The notes: generated from the letters alone by a model not told the origin. A stretch of DNA of 64,000 nucleotides from the human T2T-CHM13v2.0 reference genome, Homo sapiens (GCF_009914755.1 NC_060930.1); one strand, 5' to 3'. Counted from the stretch's first letter, positions 1 through 16,043 are shown. Program-made: numbers and translations.

Positions 1-309
1 TCAAATCATGGTGATGGGATGGACCTTGGAGACCATCTTAGAAATCTAGTCTTGTAGTTTTTTAACATTGTTTTAGTTGTAGAATCCTTTCTTCCAATGC
101 AAGCATACGTGAAGTTAAAAATAAAAGGAAATAAAGAGGAGGAGCTCTCAGGCTGAAGAAAGAGAACCTTTCAGATGCTGAGCCCTCTTAACAGAAATTG
201 AAGGACTGTCCCGTGTCTCGTATCTTGATAGTTGCATTAGCAGGATAAGAACACAGATGCTTCTGCTGCCTTCACCTTGATTTCCACTATTCCCATTCAC
301 TTAGGGGCG

Positions 310-530
310 CAGGCTGATGTAATGGAAGAGAACACGGGCTTTATGGCCAGATAGATATGGATTTAAATCATGTCTTTACCGCTTATGGTCTATATGACCT
401 TGGATAAATTACTTATTCTCTTTGCACTCTGTTTTCTCATAAGTAAACTAGAAATAATTCCTAGATTATTGGGTTGTTGAGATGAGACGTGAACTTAAAA
501 TTCCTATGTTATAAAGTCAAGCAAGCATCA
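310..530 (+). mobile_element. MIR relic
   Basis: tgaccttggataaattacttattctctttgcactctgttttctcat core. Confidence 0.7.
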
Positions 531-2097
531 AGAAACTCAAAATTGGTGTTTCTGATTGATGGTCCACATATAAATATACCCAGCCAAAAAAATTATTTCC
601 ATTTTGGAGAAGTTTCAATCACCTCAGTCCCACTCATGCTAAGGAAAACCCAACCCTCAGATACAGTATAGGCTGTTGTACATTATCTTACCACTTTCCG
701 ACTTTACTCATTTTCTCAAGCCCAGGGACCAAGATGATGAAGAAAGCCACATTCTGCCCCCATAAGACATGTTTGACAGCCATAGGGGACCCTTTAAGCA
801 TGGATGGAAGGATGCTAAGAGCACACACCGAAGATAAATCCAGGCCACACTCTCACCCTAAACACCTTGGAGTGCTACAAAGAAGGGGTCAGTGACACCC
901 CTAATAAAAGCCAAGTCCAGGGACAGCTAGCTGGAAGGGGATTTCTGAAACAGAGAAGTGGGTGGTTTCTGCAAGGCATCTGCCAACTACAGCCAGGAGC
1001 AACATACTGAAGAGAAATTACATTATTGCTGTGCTCTTTGTGCTTTATAAAAATTTTATTGAAATGTTTGTACACTTTGTCCAAGCACACTTTCGAGGAG
1101 AGGCTCCAATATAAAGGAATTGGGGGATTGATGACAGGTACCCACTACACCCTTATGTCATGCATGGCTTACATGTACGGTAACTGCAAGTGCCATAGAA
1201 ACACAAAATAGAGAAGGGCCAAACCCTGATTCCTAGATATTGAAGATGGGAGGTGAATGTGCTGTCAGGGAAGAGCAGACCATCTGCTGGGTAATCGGTC
1301 ATTTTCCATTATCAGCTAACAACCCACAGGTGATGCAACACTGTTTCCCCACATGCCTGAGGTCAGAACTAAGACCTTAGGAGCTGCTGGGGGTGTCTAT
1401 TGGAAGATGCGGATTCCAGCATGCATGCCCCTGCAGAACTACTGAGTCAAGACCTGAGACAGGTAGCCAGGAACCTGCAATTCAAACAAACTTGCAAGGA
1501 ATTACTATGTCAAAGCAGAGGCATTTGAAATCTACTTTGCTGAGGGGGTAATGACCACTTACTCTTTAGTGAACATTAGTTTGACATGATTACTTTTGCT
1601 TTCATTTGGGTACCTGGATGTTTCTGGGGAAAACTGGCTGGGGCGAGTTGTGACAAGGATCACCCTGGACTTTTGGTAGCCAGAGAACCTCTGGAGGTGG
1701 GAGAAGGTGAAGAGGTGAGAGTGGAAGAGAGGCCAAGGCCCACCATGAGAAACCTCCAGATACAGAGCCTCCATCATTTCTCCCTCTGTCAGATGTTGCC
1801 CCGCCAAGGAAATCATGCCTGCTGCTTCCCTCTTCTGATGCCCCCCACCCCGTCCCTCCCTCTTTCTCCCCGTGGATATCAGGTGCCCTCTTAACTTTGT
1901 AAAACTCCCAACCGCTTAACATGCAGACTGAGGGAGTCAATTCAATTCTTCATGTTTTGTTAGGTGCTGGGATTTATCTTTTCCTCTGTGACAGTGTCCC
2001 TCCTCCTGGAGTCCGCATGGAGAACGCACCTCTTCTTCACTAGGTATTTCTCACGCCTGGACTGTCCTCCTGCCTGGACCCCCACATCATTCTACAT

Positions 2098-2270
2098 CAG
2101 TGGAGCTTAACGTTGGCTGCACACCTGAATCCTCTACAGAGTTTTTTAAAACTGATGACTCCTGGATCCCAACTCCAGAGGTTCTGATTTAATTGGCCAG
2201 GGGTGTGCCCTGGACACTGGCATTTTTCAAAACTCCACAGATGATTCTAATATGCAGCCAAAGAGTCACT
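2098..2270. mobile_element. MER5-family hAT-Charlie element
   Basis: cagtgg..ttggctgcac..gaggttctgatttaattgg..gatgattctaatatgcagcc. Confidence 0.75.
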
Positions 2271-2314
2271 CCTCTAGACCCATAACTGCTGCACTGCAAA
2301 GAAATTTATAGGAC

Positions 2315-2491
2315 CAGTGCTTCTCAACACTGACTACACACTAGAATCACCAGGGAAGCTTTAAAAATTACAAGCCCTGGGCTCCACCCCAGACCAAATA
2401 AATTGGAATCGCCAGAGGTACCAACCATGTGTCAGTAGCTTTCAAAGCCTCCCAGGTGATTGTAACATGCAGCCAGGATTGAAAACCACTG
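2315..2491. mobile_element. MER5A hAT-Charlie element
   Basis: cagtgcttctcaa ... ttgaaaaccactg TIRs; ccaccccagacc core. Confidence 0.8.
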
Positions 2492-3500
2492 CTACAGACC
2501 AAAGGTGTGGCCAGAAGCAATCACAGATGGAAGAATTACCGAGTGTCGCCCTGTGGGTGAAAGCAAAGGAATAAGGAAAATATTCTCCACTTACACGGCT
2601 GCTACAATGAGAGTGTTTTGTTTTGTCTTTTTTTTTCAGGCTCTGATTCAGCTTCATCTATTTGCCTACCTTTTCCAGCTGTTAGTTGGTCACCTGCCTG
2701 CCAATATTTGTGCATAGGCTCTAGGAGTTTACAGTCAGTAAAGTATCCCACCTGCAGACTTAAACAGGGCTATTATCTGGCACAAAGTTGGAGTGATTGC
2801 TTCTGTATTGCAAAATGATTTTATCTGCTGGTCTTTCCCTCTATCAGTCTGAGAGAGAAAGAAGAACCCAGAAAAGGAGCAACTTAACAAGCCTGGCTGT
2901 GGGAATTTGAGGTTTCTGAACATCCACTGCCTACTGTTAGGCTTTCCCTAACATTTGAGATTATTACTAACAACTTTTCTCCAGATACGTATTTTTTAAC
3001 CATAGATTTTTAGGACTGTATTTTTGAAATATCTTATACTACTTTATTACCTGTTTATCATATGAACCAAGAAGAGATGTTTAGGGGGAAACATTTCGCA
3101 CTAAAATCCAATTGAGTAATGTTATCACTCAAGGCTATACAACAAGGCTAAAGAAAAGCCAGAGTCATTCAAATGGTCTATAATTTTTCAATTTCCAAAT
3201 TCACTGCTTATCTCTGTTGTTCTCATATTTATTTTTGTGCACATTTCCTGGTGAAAACACAAGACAGCTCAGTCTTCGTTTATTAAAACACTAGGATTTA
3301 TAGATTTTGTAATCTCCCTTAATTTCCCTTTATCTGCACTCTTTTTATTGCCTGATGTTCACTTTACCACATAATCAGTCCCTTTCCATAGGTTAGAAGA
3401 TAAAGGAGGGAAAAGGGAGTTTCTGGAACTCAGTCCCTTTTCTATAGAGTGACCATTCTGATGAAGTCTCAGTGTTGGAAGAGTAGAAAACATTGATTAA

Positions 3501-3866
<366 letters not shown>

Positions 3867-5254
3867 TTAGTATATTATAGACACTTGTTAGTGTCCTTCA
3901 TCAAATCCATCCCTCTTTTTCACTAGCAGCACGTTAATTTTCCGTCGGGCAATATACCCTTCCACTTTTCTTCAGTCAGGTGCAGAATAGCTGAGTCTAA
4001 ACGAAGAATGACACAAACAAGCCATACTTGCAGGAAGCAGTCTGTCATTGAGATATGGTGAAGGAGACAGATTGTAAACATACCTACGCTTGCCAAAGTA
4101 TGTTAAGTGAGAAGAAAGGAGTAAAAGAACTGTCTTTTACACAATACCCTGTGGAATAAGAATAATTTCTGACAGCCATTATTCTGGTCTCTCCACATTA
4201 GCAACTTCTTACAAATGGCTGTGAGCAATAGTAAAAATTAATCAGCATAGAAACTATACAAAAATATTATAATAGCAAAGAAGGAGAAAATCAGAAAAAT
4301 AGAAAATATAAGGGAAAAATTGCTCAAGACCAAAGTTTTTTAAATTCTCAAAGTTTTTGATTTAATTTTCTAAGTATAAAATTTTATAAAAATATGTTTG
4401 AATGTTTCAAAACTCACTGACAGTGAATGCAAAGTTTTTAAGACATCTATTCTAAGAAACTCTTCCACCCAGTAGAACAGTTTTATCTGCTCCGGCAGTA
4501 CACTAAATTCTTGGTGCAACCTCAGAGGAAGAAGAAAGTTATCATATATAAATTTCAGAATACCATCAATGGAAATATCTGATTTAAAATGCTTCTTTCT
4601 TCCTGTAGCGGGATTGGTAACTTATATTTTCCATAATAGAAAAACAAATTGTGAATTTTCATACTGATTGATGTTTCTTTTCCTTTTTCTCAAAGAAGAA
4701 AGGGAGTTATAAGAGAATTGAAAACCAGTAGAGAATGGCATCTGTTAGTAATCCGTGTACAATGCAGTTCAACACATAATTCCTTAAATTGTTCACGTCC
4801 ATCTGATCTGCAATGCTGCTAATATGACCAGACCTCAAATGCAGCTAACTCCAAAGTGAGCATGAGGTTAGCATAAGAGGAACCAGGCTAGGGTAACACT
4901 ACTCCTAGATTAAGCAGTGACTAATCACATTTACAAATCAAGAAGAAAAAAAGGAGTTGATCCCTAAATGCTGTTTTCATCAAAATCTTGCTTTTATGTA
5001 TTATTATTAAACCCAATCCTTAGAAATATTGCTGCCTCATAGAACTTTATTTCTGCAAATAAGGTCTGGAAAATTCTTGGGTATGAGAGCGGTGAGCTTG
5101 AATAGATAGCTGAGACAGGAATCTCAGCATCCCTAATTACAGGTTCTATTATTTAGCCAGTGAATAAACCAATTCAAATCATTTCAACAAACATTTATTG
5201 AGATTATGCAATATGAAGAGATCTGATTTTACAAAGCTAAATATACAATAATGG

Positions 5255-5560
5255 TGAATACTATTCTCTGTTAAGAATAATAGAGACATAATTTCTCTAT
5301 TAATAGAGAATATAACAATATTAGAGAACATAAAAATACTATTCTCTATTAATAGAGAAATTATTATAATAATATAAATAATATATTTTATCTATTAATA
5401 ATTCTCTAATAATGTTATTATCTATGATTAATAATTAGAGAATATATTAGTAAATAAAACAATATCATTATTCTATATTAATAGAGAAATTATTATAACT
5501 TTTTTCTATCAATAATTTTCTTTTATAATATTATTCTGTATTAAAAATAATAGATATATA
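5255..5560. repeat. AT-rich low-complexity tract built from palindromic units
   Basis: Perfect 18-bp palindrome TTCTCTATTAATAGAGAA at 5293-5310 and 5342-5359, plus degenerate copies. Confidence 0.85.
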
Positions 5561-5729
5561 ATTTCTCCTTCCCTTCCTATCTCTCCCTCTCCTTTAAAAA
5601 TCTTTTCTGGGTTCATTTGAGTATCTTTACTCCTTTTATATGGACTCATATCCCAATGACTCATTAGAGTCTCTTGAATCCAGAGAACATTTTTAAAGGA
5701 GAGGGAGAGAGAGGAAGGGAGGGATAAAT
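5561..5729. repeat. 55-bp-arm inverted repeat
   Basis: 5561-5615 versus the reverse complement of 5675-5729: 49/55 identical, no gaps. Confidence 0.9.
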
Positions 5730-5764
5730 ATTTCAGTTTTTGCTAAATAACACTAACTGTACTT

Positions 5765-6377
5765 AGTCAGCTCTGCTATAATGCAACATATGGATTCCTA
5801 AATATCACTGCACCACACAAAATCACGCAACAAAAACCATAGGGCTTATAGAGAAAATGAGGTTAAGGACATAACACTCAAAAACTTTGTCAGTGACATG
5901 TTTCACAAAGTTAAGAAATATGAATCTAAAACAAAACAGTAGTGCATATGTTAAATAGTTAAGAAATCATATATAGTACAGTAAACGTGGCATTTTACCT
6001 TGAGAAGATCTGAAGTTTGCTTGCGGAAGTGGGCATCACAGGGTTGCTGCTTGAGATTGCGAAGTGACAGAAGAAAGGTTACTTGCATAGGAGGGAAGTC
6101 AGGACAGCACTCACCACGTGCATGAGTGTGCACGGCTGTGGCCTCACACATTTGGCGAACTTGGGGAGCTGGCAGATATTTAAAGTGTGTGTGCTTTGTG
6201 TTGCCTACAAGGCTTGGTTGAGCTGGGTGCAGCTTTCTGGATTCACCTAGTGTCTCTCACTGACAAAACTGCGCAGAAGCCAACACAAAATTCACATTGT
6301 GTTCAAGTTGTTCCCTAACATATCAGTCGTGCTGGAACAAATTCAGTTTCCAAATAAGCATTATAGCAGAACTGACT
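5765..6377. mobile_element. Tc1/mariner Tigger-type non-autonomous DNA transposon (~610 bp)
   Basis: 20-bp terminal inverted repeats agtcag(c/t)tctgctataatgc at 5765-5784 and 6358-6377 (19/20 match). Confidence 0.8.
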
Positions 6378-7804
6378 TAAAATATATATATTCATATTCT
6401 AGTCTTTTGCAAAACAGTGTTCTTCCTCATCCACAAAGTATATTTGATTATTTTTGCCTAAGCAATTCAAAAAAATACTCCAAAACTTTGTATTTTAAAA
6501 TAAGAACAGTAATCACACTACTTGCTAAAACTGGTGATAGTCCCAACCCCAGCTGCAGGTTCAGCATTCCACCTGCCTCGTCAAGCTCCAAGGCAACGTG
6601 ACTGAAAGCTGACCTGTGGATCTAGGAGCTGGGGCCCTCAGCCCCCACCCAACAGAGGTTTCTTTTTGTCTCTGGCAATGAGTGCTGCTGATACCCAGCT
6701 ACCTTGTAGACCACTTCTGGCTTCAATAGCATCGCATATTGAGGGTGGGTGCTGAACAAAGACAGCATCCTGCAATTCATCTTTAGTTCATCCTCTTGTC
6801 ACTTTTCCTTGCACAGCCTTAGGACAAAAATCATCCTTTGCCTTTATGTATCAGTTTAATATAGGCCATCTCATATTCGATATGTGGTGGGCATTTTGGC
6901 ACAACACGCAGTTAAAGCAGTCCCTTTAATATTTATGTAAAAACCTAAGTTTCCTCTACTCCCTTAATTATTTACCCGAGTAAGTACACATTAAGGCTCA
7001 GGCTAATGGGTGGTATGTTTTCTTATATGGACTCATATCCCAGTGAGGCATTATGACTGTCTGGTTGCAGTGATTCCTCAGGGCACTGTGGATAAGTCTA
7101 TTCTCTATAGAACTGAAGCTTTCCTGGGTTATATCAGAAAGAAAAACAAATGGGAGTACCCAAAGCATCGTGGCTATAGAATTTTCTGCACACAGTTCTT
7201 TCCCAAAGGACACAGGCCACCCAATGGATGGTACACAGAACAAACACCATGTTGACATTGAAACCAATGGCATCTGCCTTGAGAAAACTCCACCAACTTC
7301 TCTTTAAATGTTTTGGCTTAATTTCACTTGGCTGTACATAAATTATTCTATGGGGCTTAATTCCTACAAAAGAGAATATAATCCAAGCTTCTGCTATAAA
7401 TGCAGCTAGAATTGCATTCCGGTGCCAAGCAGCAGGGAGAGAAATCAAACAGTTGGCCCCTAGTGAATTAATCTATATGCCCCAGTTTCCTAACACTGAG
7501 CATGCCTCAGACAATAGGCTGGGTTTTAACTCTTTCTCATCAAGCCTTCATCATAAGCAGCCAGATTGCATTCCTCTTCTCATTTCTCACCCCATTACTC
7601 ACAAAGAATATCTTTTCCCATGAAACCTGAGCTAACATACTCGGCAACCAACGCTAGAGTTTGCAGTAAAAAGTCAAGTCTCACCGTCAGAAGCACATTA
7701 GCATACAAAATATTTCTATAGGAAGAAAAAAAATCTGTGGATTGCAGAAGCTGCACACTCCATTGTCTTAAATGTTGCCGTTCTCGGTCAGAACGTTCAC
7801 TCAC

Positions 7805-7863
7805 CTCTACTTTGAGATAATACGTGTTCAGATCGTGGTAACCTTTTATAGCAATTGTAGGCC
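7805..7863 (-). other. Candidate 59-nt internal exon
   Basis: Acceptor ttttaacatttccttcctacacAG (branch-like ttaac plus pyrimidine tract) and consensus donor GAG|GTGAGT. Lies in a TE-poor stretch with retained CpGs. Confidence 0.5.
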
Positions 7864-10114
7864 CTGTGTAGGAAGGAAATGTTAAAACTACATCCAATTA
7901 GATTCTACAGAAATTGGGGGAGGTCTTTTAGACAGAAATCAAGACAAAGAGGTCAAAATAATTACTGTGCACTTTGCAAGGACTGTTCGTTTCTGTGAAC
8001 CTCACTTAGTAAAGCATAAAGGCAACACTAGCCCATACTATGATGTTATGAAGAAAACTGCAAAGGAATCCAAACGAAAGGAAGCAGGAGTCATTTCACA
8101 ACATCCTGAATTTATCGCACCCCGCCCAGCGGTCAGTAAGGCAGGCAAATGAACAGTTAAAAGGTTCCACTGAACCATAATCCCCAATCGTTATACTTAA
8201 ATGGTTCCTCTCAATATAAAGGAGGCTCTTCAATAACCATAGATCTAATTTCTGTTAATTTTATGTAACTCTAACAGAGTCATTAACATTCGTGGAGCCC
8301 ACTCCACATGTAGCCCCTCCCTCCCCTCCTCCCCTCATTTCTCCTACGGCATATCTCTTGAAAATTTAATTATTACCAGTAGAATTCCTGCACTAACTAA
8401 AGGCTTTTGCAATCAAATCAATAGTTGATGAAAGAGTGGTCCAAAAAAGCCATGTTAAATGCATTATCTTCCTTCCATTTCCACATCAGCCGTGTGGCTC
8501 CTTTCATGATGTTACAATTGGAGACCCTCAAAATAACATCACTTTCAGGGAGTTAAAATGTCTAAGTGTTATCCAGAGATCGCTATTATATATTTATAAG
8601 GACTCCCCTATATGCCTCTTCTGGATTTATTAAGTGCTCTAAGGATCTGTTTGGCTTATACCAACTACCACACACTGATCTGAGAAATCAAGGAGGAAAT
8701 ACTCAAGTGCTTAACCGGACAGAAAGGGAAATGTGTGTGGGTCTCATGACTGCTACAAGGAGCAAGGCCAATTTTATGTGTTACTTAGAAATGGAAATAA
8801 GTCATCTCCCCGCCCTCACCCTACTCTTACACCCCCCCAGCGTCTGCTCTAATGGAAGAGCCCAAATGCTGTGCAGTCTCTCTTTGTGCTTTTCCACCTA
8901 TGAAGAGTCTCCAGCACAAAATAACATGCCTTTGGGGAGAAAGAGATGCTTCGGTGTTGTGTCCTTTGCTGCTATCAGTGGAATGGGCTTTGGTGCTTTA
9001 ATTAGGCAACTGTTGTTGCATCAGAGATGGTTCTGTAAAGCAAACATCTTATCCAGGCCATGTGCAGTGTACCTCAAGGCATTTTGCTATATTCCCAGTA
9101 TACGAGCATTTTTTAAACATCTGACACACACATATTTATAAATGGCTACCTGGTTCTCCAGCAGGGTGGGCAGGGAGAATTGCAGACTGTGCAATGCATG
9201 ATTGCACTGTGTACATTACTAGACTACTACAGACTAGGCTGGAGAGGTGCATTTAGATAAATTCTCTGGATAAACAACCAGAGTACTCTCTTAAAGGGCT
9301 GACAGGCTGAATAAATAAGCGGGAATCCTAATATATAGGACCAGGTGTGCAAACACAGTTCAGTTCCTCTCATCTAACCAATATGGGATGCAGCATCACA
9401 TTATCTAGAAAATTCAGCCTGCCACTATTTTCCTGCTAAATTGTGCAGATAATTACTTCACTCTTCCATTTCACTTTGACTTAGAAATCTAGTCACAGGA
9501 TAATAACAGGTCATACAGGGCAGAAGCTCATTTGCTTATTTAAAATGCTCGTCTATCAACAACCAATTCCCATGTGCTTTGTACTGCCCTCAGGACGTTT
9601 TATTCTAAAGGAAGTAAAAACTCGGACTCTTAAAAAAAAAATCAGTGGACATGAACAATGATCCTTTAAGAACAGGATTCAATGAGAAAGAATACAATGC
9701 TGTGGGAACAGAGAAGCCAGAGCCCCAGGAAGGCTTAATGGCACACAGAGGCTTGCCACGGCCTCTGGCAGACCCCTGACCTTCACATCATCCATAGAGA
9801 ATGAAATGGGCATACATCACAGAGTAAATGCATAAGGCTGCTGCCAGCCAGTGGTAGCCAGAAACATCAGACTCCCATAACAGACCTGGTGGCCCCAAGG
9901 GTGGAGGGAATCACTATCTCATGACCCCTGGTAACCCACTCAAAGTCCTCCAGTTGGGACACTCTGCTTTCAAACAAGCATAAGTTGAGATTTAATTAAG
10001 CAGAGAGAAGGATATGAGAAATCAGAAGAAACTGTGGTATGAACTAATGCATCATTCTTTGAAAAGCAGCTATAGCTTTTGCTAAGATAAATGTAACCAA
10101 GAAACAAAGCCTCA

Positions 10115-10375
10115 AAAAGTAGTGTGGTTCAATGATTAGGTGCCCAGGTTTTAGAAAGTTCTGGGTTTTAGACTCTGCCCTGCTATCAAATAGAAGCATG
10201 CCCCTGGGCAAATTATTTAACTTCTCCAAGAAAAGGAGGGGTTTCCTAGTCCCTACCTATTACTATAATTGTTCCCACAGACCTATGTTGTGATGAATTA
10301 ATGAGATCATGTGAATAAAGCGCTTTGCACAGAGCCTGGCATATGGAATGTTCCACAAATGCCAGCAATGATATT
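10115..10375 (+). mobile_element. MIR relic
   Basis: ctgggcaaattatttaacttctc..taaagcgctttgcacagagcctggca. Confidence 0.7.
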
Positions 10376-12149
10376 AGTAATATAAGTATTGCTAGTTATG
10401 TTGCTAAGTGTTGTCTGAAGCTGGAACTCAGCAGCTTAGGAGGGAGGATAGTATGACTTTTAAAAACTAGGGATATGCAAACATGTTATGTATTTGCTGG
10501 TGCAGAAAAAAAAAGAAAAAAGAAACAATTATTTCAGAGGCAGAAGTTCTGGTCGAATCAGAGAACAAGGAATGTTTTTGACAGCTGTCTAGGGCCAATT
10601 AGGACTTCTGTTTCAGATGACACATTCAAATGCTTATCTGTGAAGTAGCCCCATTTTCTATTCTACACCCCCTCACCGCTTCTGTACATTCACTTTTGCA
10701 GATGCATGGATAAACAGATACAACATTTACTGCAATTGCCAAAGAAGCTGCCCATCACTGTCACGCCAGCTGCACAGTCTTCACTGAGGGAGCTTCCAAG
10801 TGCCATTTTATTAATGTGGAGAGAAGAATAACAGATCATAAATGTTTGAGGTCTATCCAGCCGGAGTACAGGGGATTATCTATTATCCTGTGTGAGTTAA
10901 ACCTAAGTCAAAGTTAGTTATGGAATTTGAGATGATGCTGAATTTCCCTGAAACCTAAGAGAACATAATTTGTAGCCTCGTCAGTTGTGACGTATAAATA
11001 CATATGATCTCCAAAGAAGAACATAAATGATAAATTATCAGTACCTACAGGGCACCATGTACTAAGTAAGCAATCAATTTAGATTGGCAATATAGAGCAC
11101 CTTCCTCTTTGCAGTATATATTCATACAAAATTTCTCAGAAAGAAAAAAAGATTTGCAATTGCAAGATGTCATTAGTTGTACATTTTGTCTTATTATTTA
11201 GAAATAGACATTTCAACGCCTACAGTGAAATGTCCATATAAAACACATTTATAAAGTACTTCATTTACCTGTTACTTGACATCTATTTATCACTCTCAAC
11301 TTCCCCATCACCCAGTGAAAACTGCAAGAGCAACTTTAACTCCATTCTATAGATGAAGAAACTGAACCTAAAGAAATTAAGTAATTAACCGTAGACCATG
11401 TGATTTGAAAAGCTGAGAGCCAGCACTCAAAGATCCAAGCCCTAGATCTAAGATAAAGATCCTAGGTCTTTCAACTATTGTCCACTCCTCATTATCCGTT
11501 TACCTCATCATATATTGTCCTATTATGGAGGCATTGTTTCAGGGACAGGAACAGTCAAGGCTGAGGATGAATGAGTACAACTGTCCCCACATGGCAGTAC
11601 AAGTCAAGAAATGTCAGTACAAGTCAAGAAAACACATAAGGCAGAAGCTTCAGGAGTGCACAGGCACAACGCCAGCCTGTCGGGTGGACTGGCTCTATCT
11701 ATTGGTTTTGAAGAGGAGGGTGGAATATGAGCCCTGAGGAGCCAAAAATGACAGGGACAGAGTCTGGGATTTATCCCAGAAGCAATTGAGAGCCATCAAA
11801 TGATTTTTAGCTGAGGAATGATATAATTCAATATGTGTTCCAAAAAGATAAGGTTGGCAAGGGTTGGAGCCTGGACTTCAGGCACTGGAAGCCCTGGCAG
11901 AGGAGCTGGGGGCTGAAAGAGGAATAGAACAGCCCCTTGGGAATGGTGTGTTACAACTCAGGGTTAGCTTTGGCTTGGGTGGTTCTAGAACATGGACAAA
12001 TAACTCCTACTGAACTGTGAATTCTTTGCAGGAGCTCGTGTTTTATTCATCTTCGTGTTCCCGTGAATTATACAGTGCAAAAACTGCTTAGAAGGCTTCC
12101 CCTCCTAGACAGCCCAACAGCACCTCAACCTCAGCCGGAATGAAACTGA

Positions 12150-13167
<1,018 letters not shown>

Positions 13168-13190
13168 TTAAAGGCAAATATTTGTATACT

Positions 13191-13473
13191 ACTTAAGGGC
13201 AGGGCTGTTGCCTAATTCAATTCTCTCTTCAGCACCCAAGACTTTATACATAATAGGCACTCTTTAAACATTTACATAAATTATACATATTTTAAACACA
13301 AAATGATTGAATTTTAAAATGTGTTTCCAACTTAAGGGCAGGGATGTTGCCTAATTCAATTCTCTCTTCAGTACCCCAGACTTTATACATAATAGGCACT
13401 CTTTAAACATTTACATAAGTTAGAGTATACATATTTTAAACACAAAATGATTGAATTTTAAAATGTGTGTCCA
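13191..13473. repeat. Tandem duplication, ~140-bp unit x2
   Basis: 13191-13329 and 13330-13473 differ by a few substitutions and one 5-bp indel. Confidence 0.95.
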
Positions 13474-13645
13474 GCCTGGACAACAAAGTGAGACTCCATC
13501 TCTACAAAAACAAAAACAAAAAAAAAAACACTTTTAATTAGACAGGTGCAGTGGAACGTGTCTGTAGTTCCTACTCGAGAGGCTGAGGCAGGAGGATCAC
13601 CTGAGCCCAACCTGGGTGACAGAGTAAGACTCCATCTTAAAATAC
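13471..13645 (+). mobile_element. 5'-truncated, internally deleted AluJ-like element
   Basis: End of left arm, A-rich linker, then a right arm that jumps from gagccca to cctgggtgacagag. Flanked by aaatgtgt on both sides. Confidence 0.8.
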
Positions 13646-15093
13646 ATATATATATTTTAAATGTGTCAATGCTGGAAGATTTTTGCTTCTCTATTCTCAA
13701 CTGCATGAGTACAGTAACTCTACTTATAGAATCTGACAACTGGCATTTGAAAGACATATAAATACATATATACCAATATATAGGGGCATGTGTATGTGTC
13801 CCAGAAACTTACAATCAATTTCATTATGGCATGGTTACACTTTACACACAAAAAGTAGGTTGGCACTTGACAGGTGTATGTGGATATACATGATGAGATT
13901 TAAAGAGCCCAAGATGAAGATATAAGTCTCAACGTTCCTTTAAATGAGATTAAAATAATTTTTCCTCACTTTAGTTTTATTTCTCTTTTGTATATCAAAA
14001 CTTTTGCCTATAGAAATTTCTTGAAATCAGAAGTTTAAAGACTTCTTTGGTCAATGATTGGTGAATGGGTTAAAGTGCTCTACAGCATTTGGCTTACCAA
14101 CCTGGATGCCTAGCTTACCAACATTGATTCCATTTGTTGAAGCTGTTGGACAACTAATGGCTATTAAGTCTATCACGATGACCTTCAAAGTCTTTTATTT
14201 TTTCCCCTTAAAGCTTCAAACTGGAAATTTTTGTGAGCTACTTTGAGATATTCTAAATAAAATACAATTATAATTAGATAGCTTGTCTTGAATAATACAA
14301 TGCCTGGCATGGCAGAGATATTTGTTATTGTTAAATACCTCTTCCTTACTTGATTTGACAATCCCTGAGCACAGGAAGTAAGTCTTATTAACAGTGCAGC
14401 CTCCATAGAGTCAACCGCTTTGCTCAATGTTTGTTTAAGAAGTGGGTGCTCACAGGCATTCAAAATTGGGCAAGACAGGCACATTCTTCAAACGCTATTT
14501 GTGTTGGTTTCATTACCTTAAAAATTGAGTTCATTGGTCTCCATAGGTACCAGTCATTATTAAATTGAGCACCCTATTTGACTATTACAGGTACAAATCA
14601 AGTACACAGGCATGAATGCTAGTTTCCATCTGGCGCTACCGACCCAAATGTGAAATCTGAGGAATTGTCTAAGGAGAAATCAGCCTCAAAATCAGGGAAT
14701 AGAAACAGTGATCCATAAATGCTGTTTCTCCATCTGCAACAGTGATAAGTCACAAACAAGTAAAGTGAGGCGTATTATCACTGTTAACTGTCTCAGATCA
14801 CCATCTGCAAAAAGAGCACAACAGAATGGAAATAGCTTTTATAAAGTATTCGATACAATTTAAACATCTCATGATATGCAGTGGGGCACTCCAAGATGTG
14901 CCAGATGCTATTAAATACAGCTTGCTGTATGAGAAAATCATGCAAAATACATTTGCCAATTGAATTATATTGCAGGGCATAAAGGGCCGAGTACATAAAC
15001 AAATCCCCATTACCTTGGTCTGTGGGCATTTTTCCTTGTAACTTTTGGATATATAACAAGAGAAATAAGAATAACTGTAATGCTTTTATTTTT

Positions 15094-16043
<950 letters not shown>

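Noticed and set aside
8566-9141. 191-aa ORF
   Set aside because: No ATG at the listed start, no recognisable domain, and a composition typical of chance ORFs.
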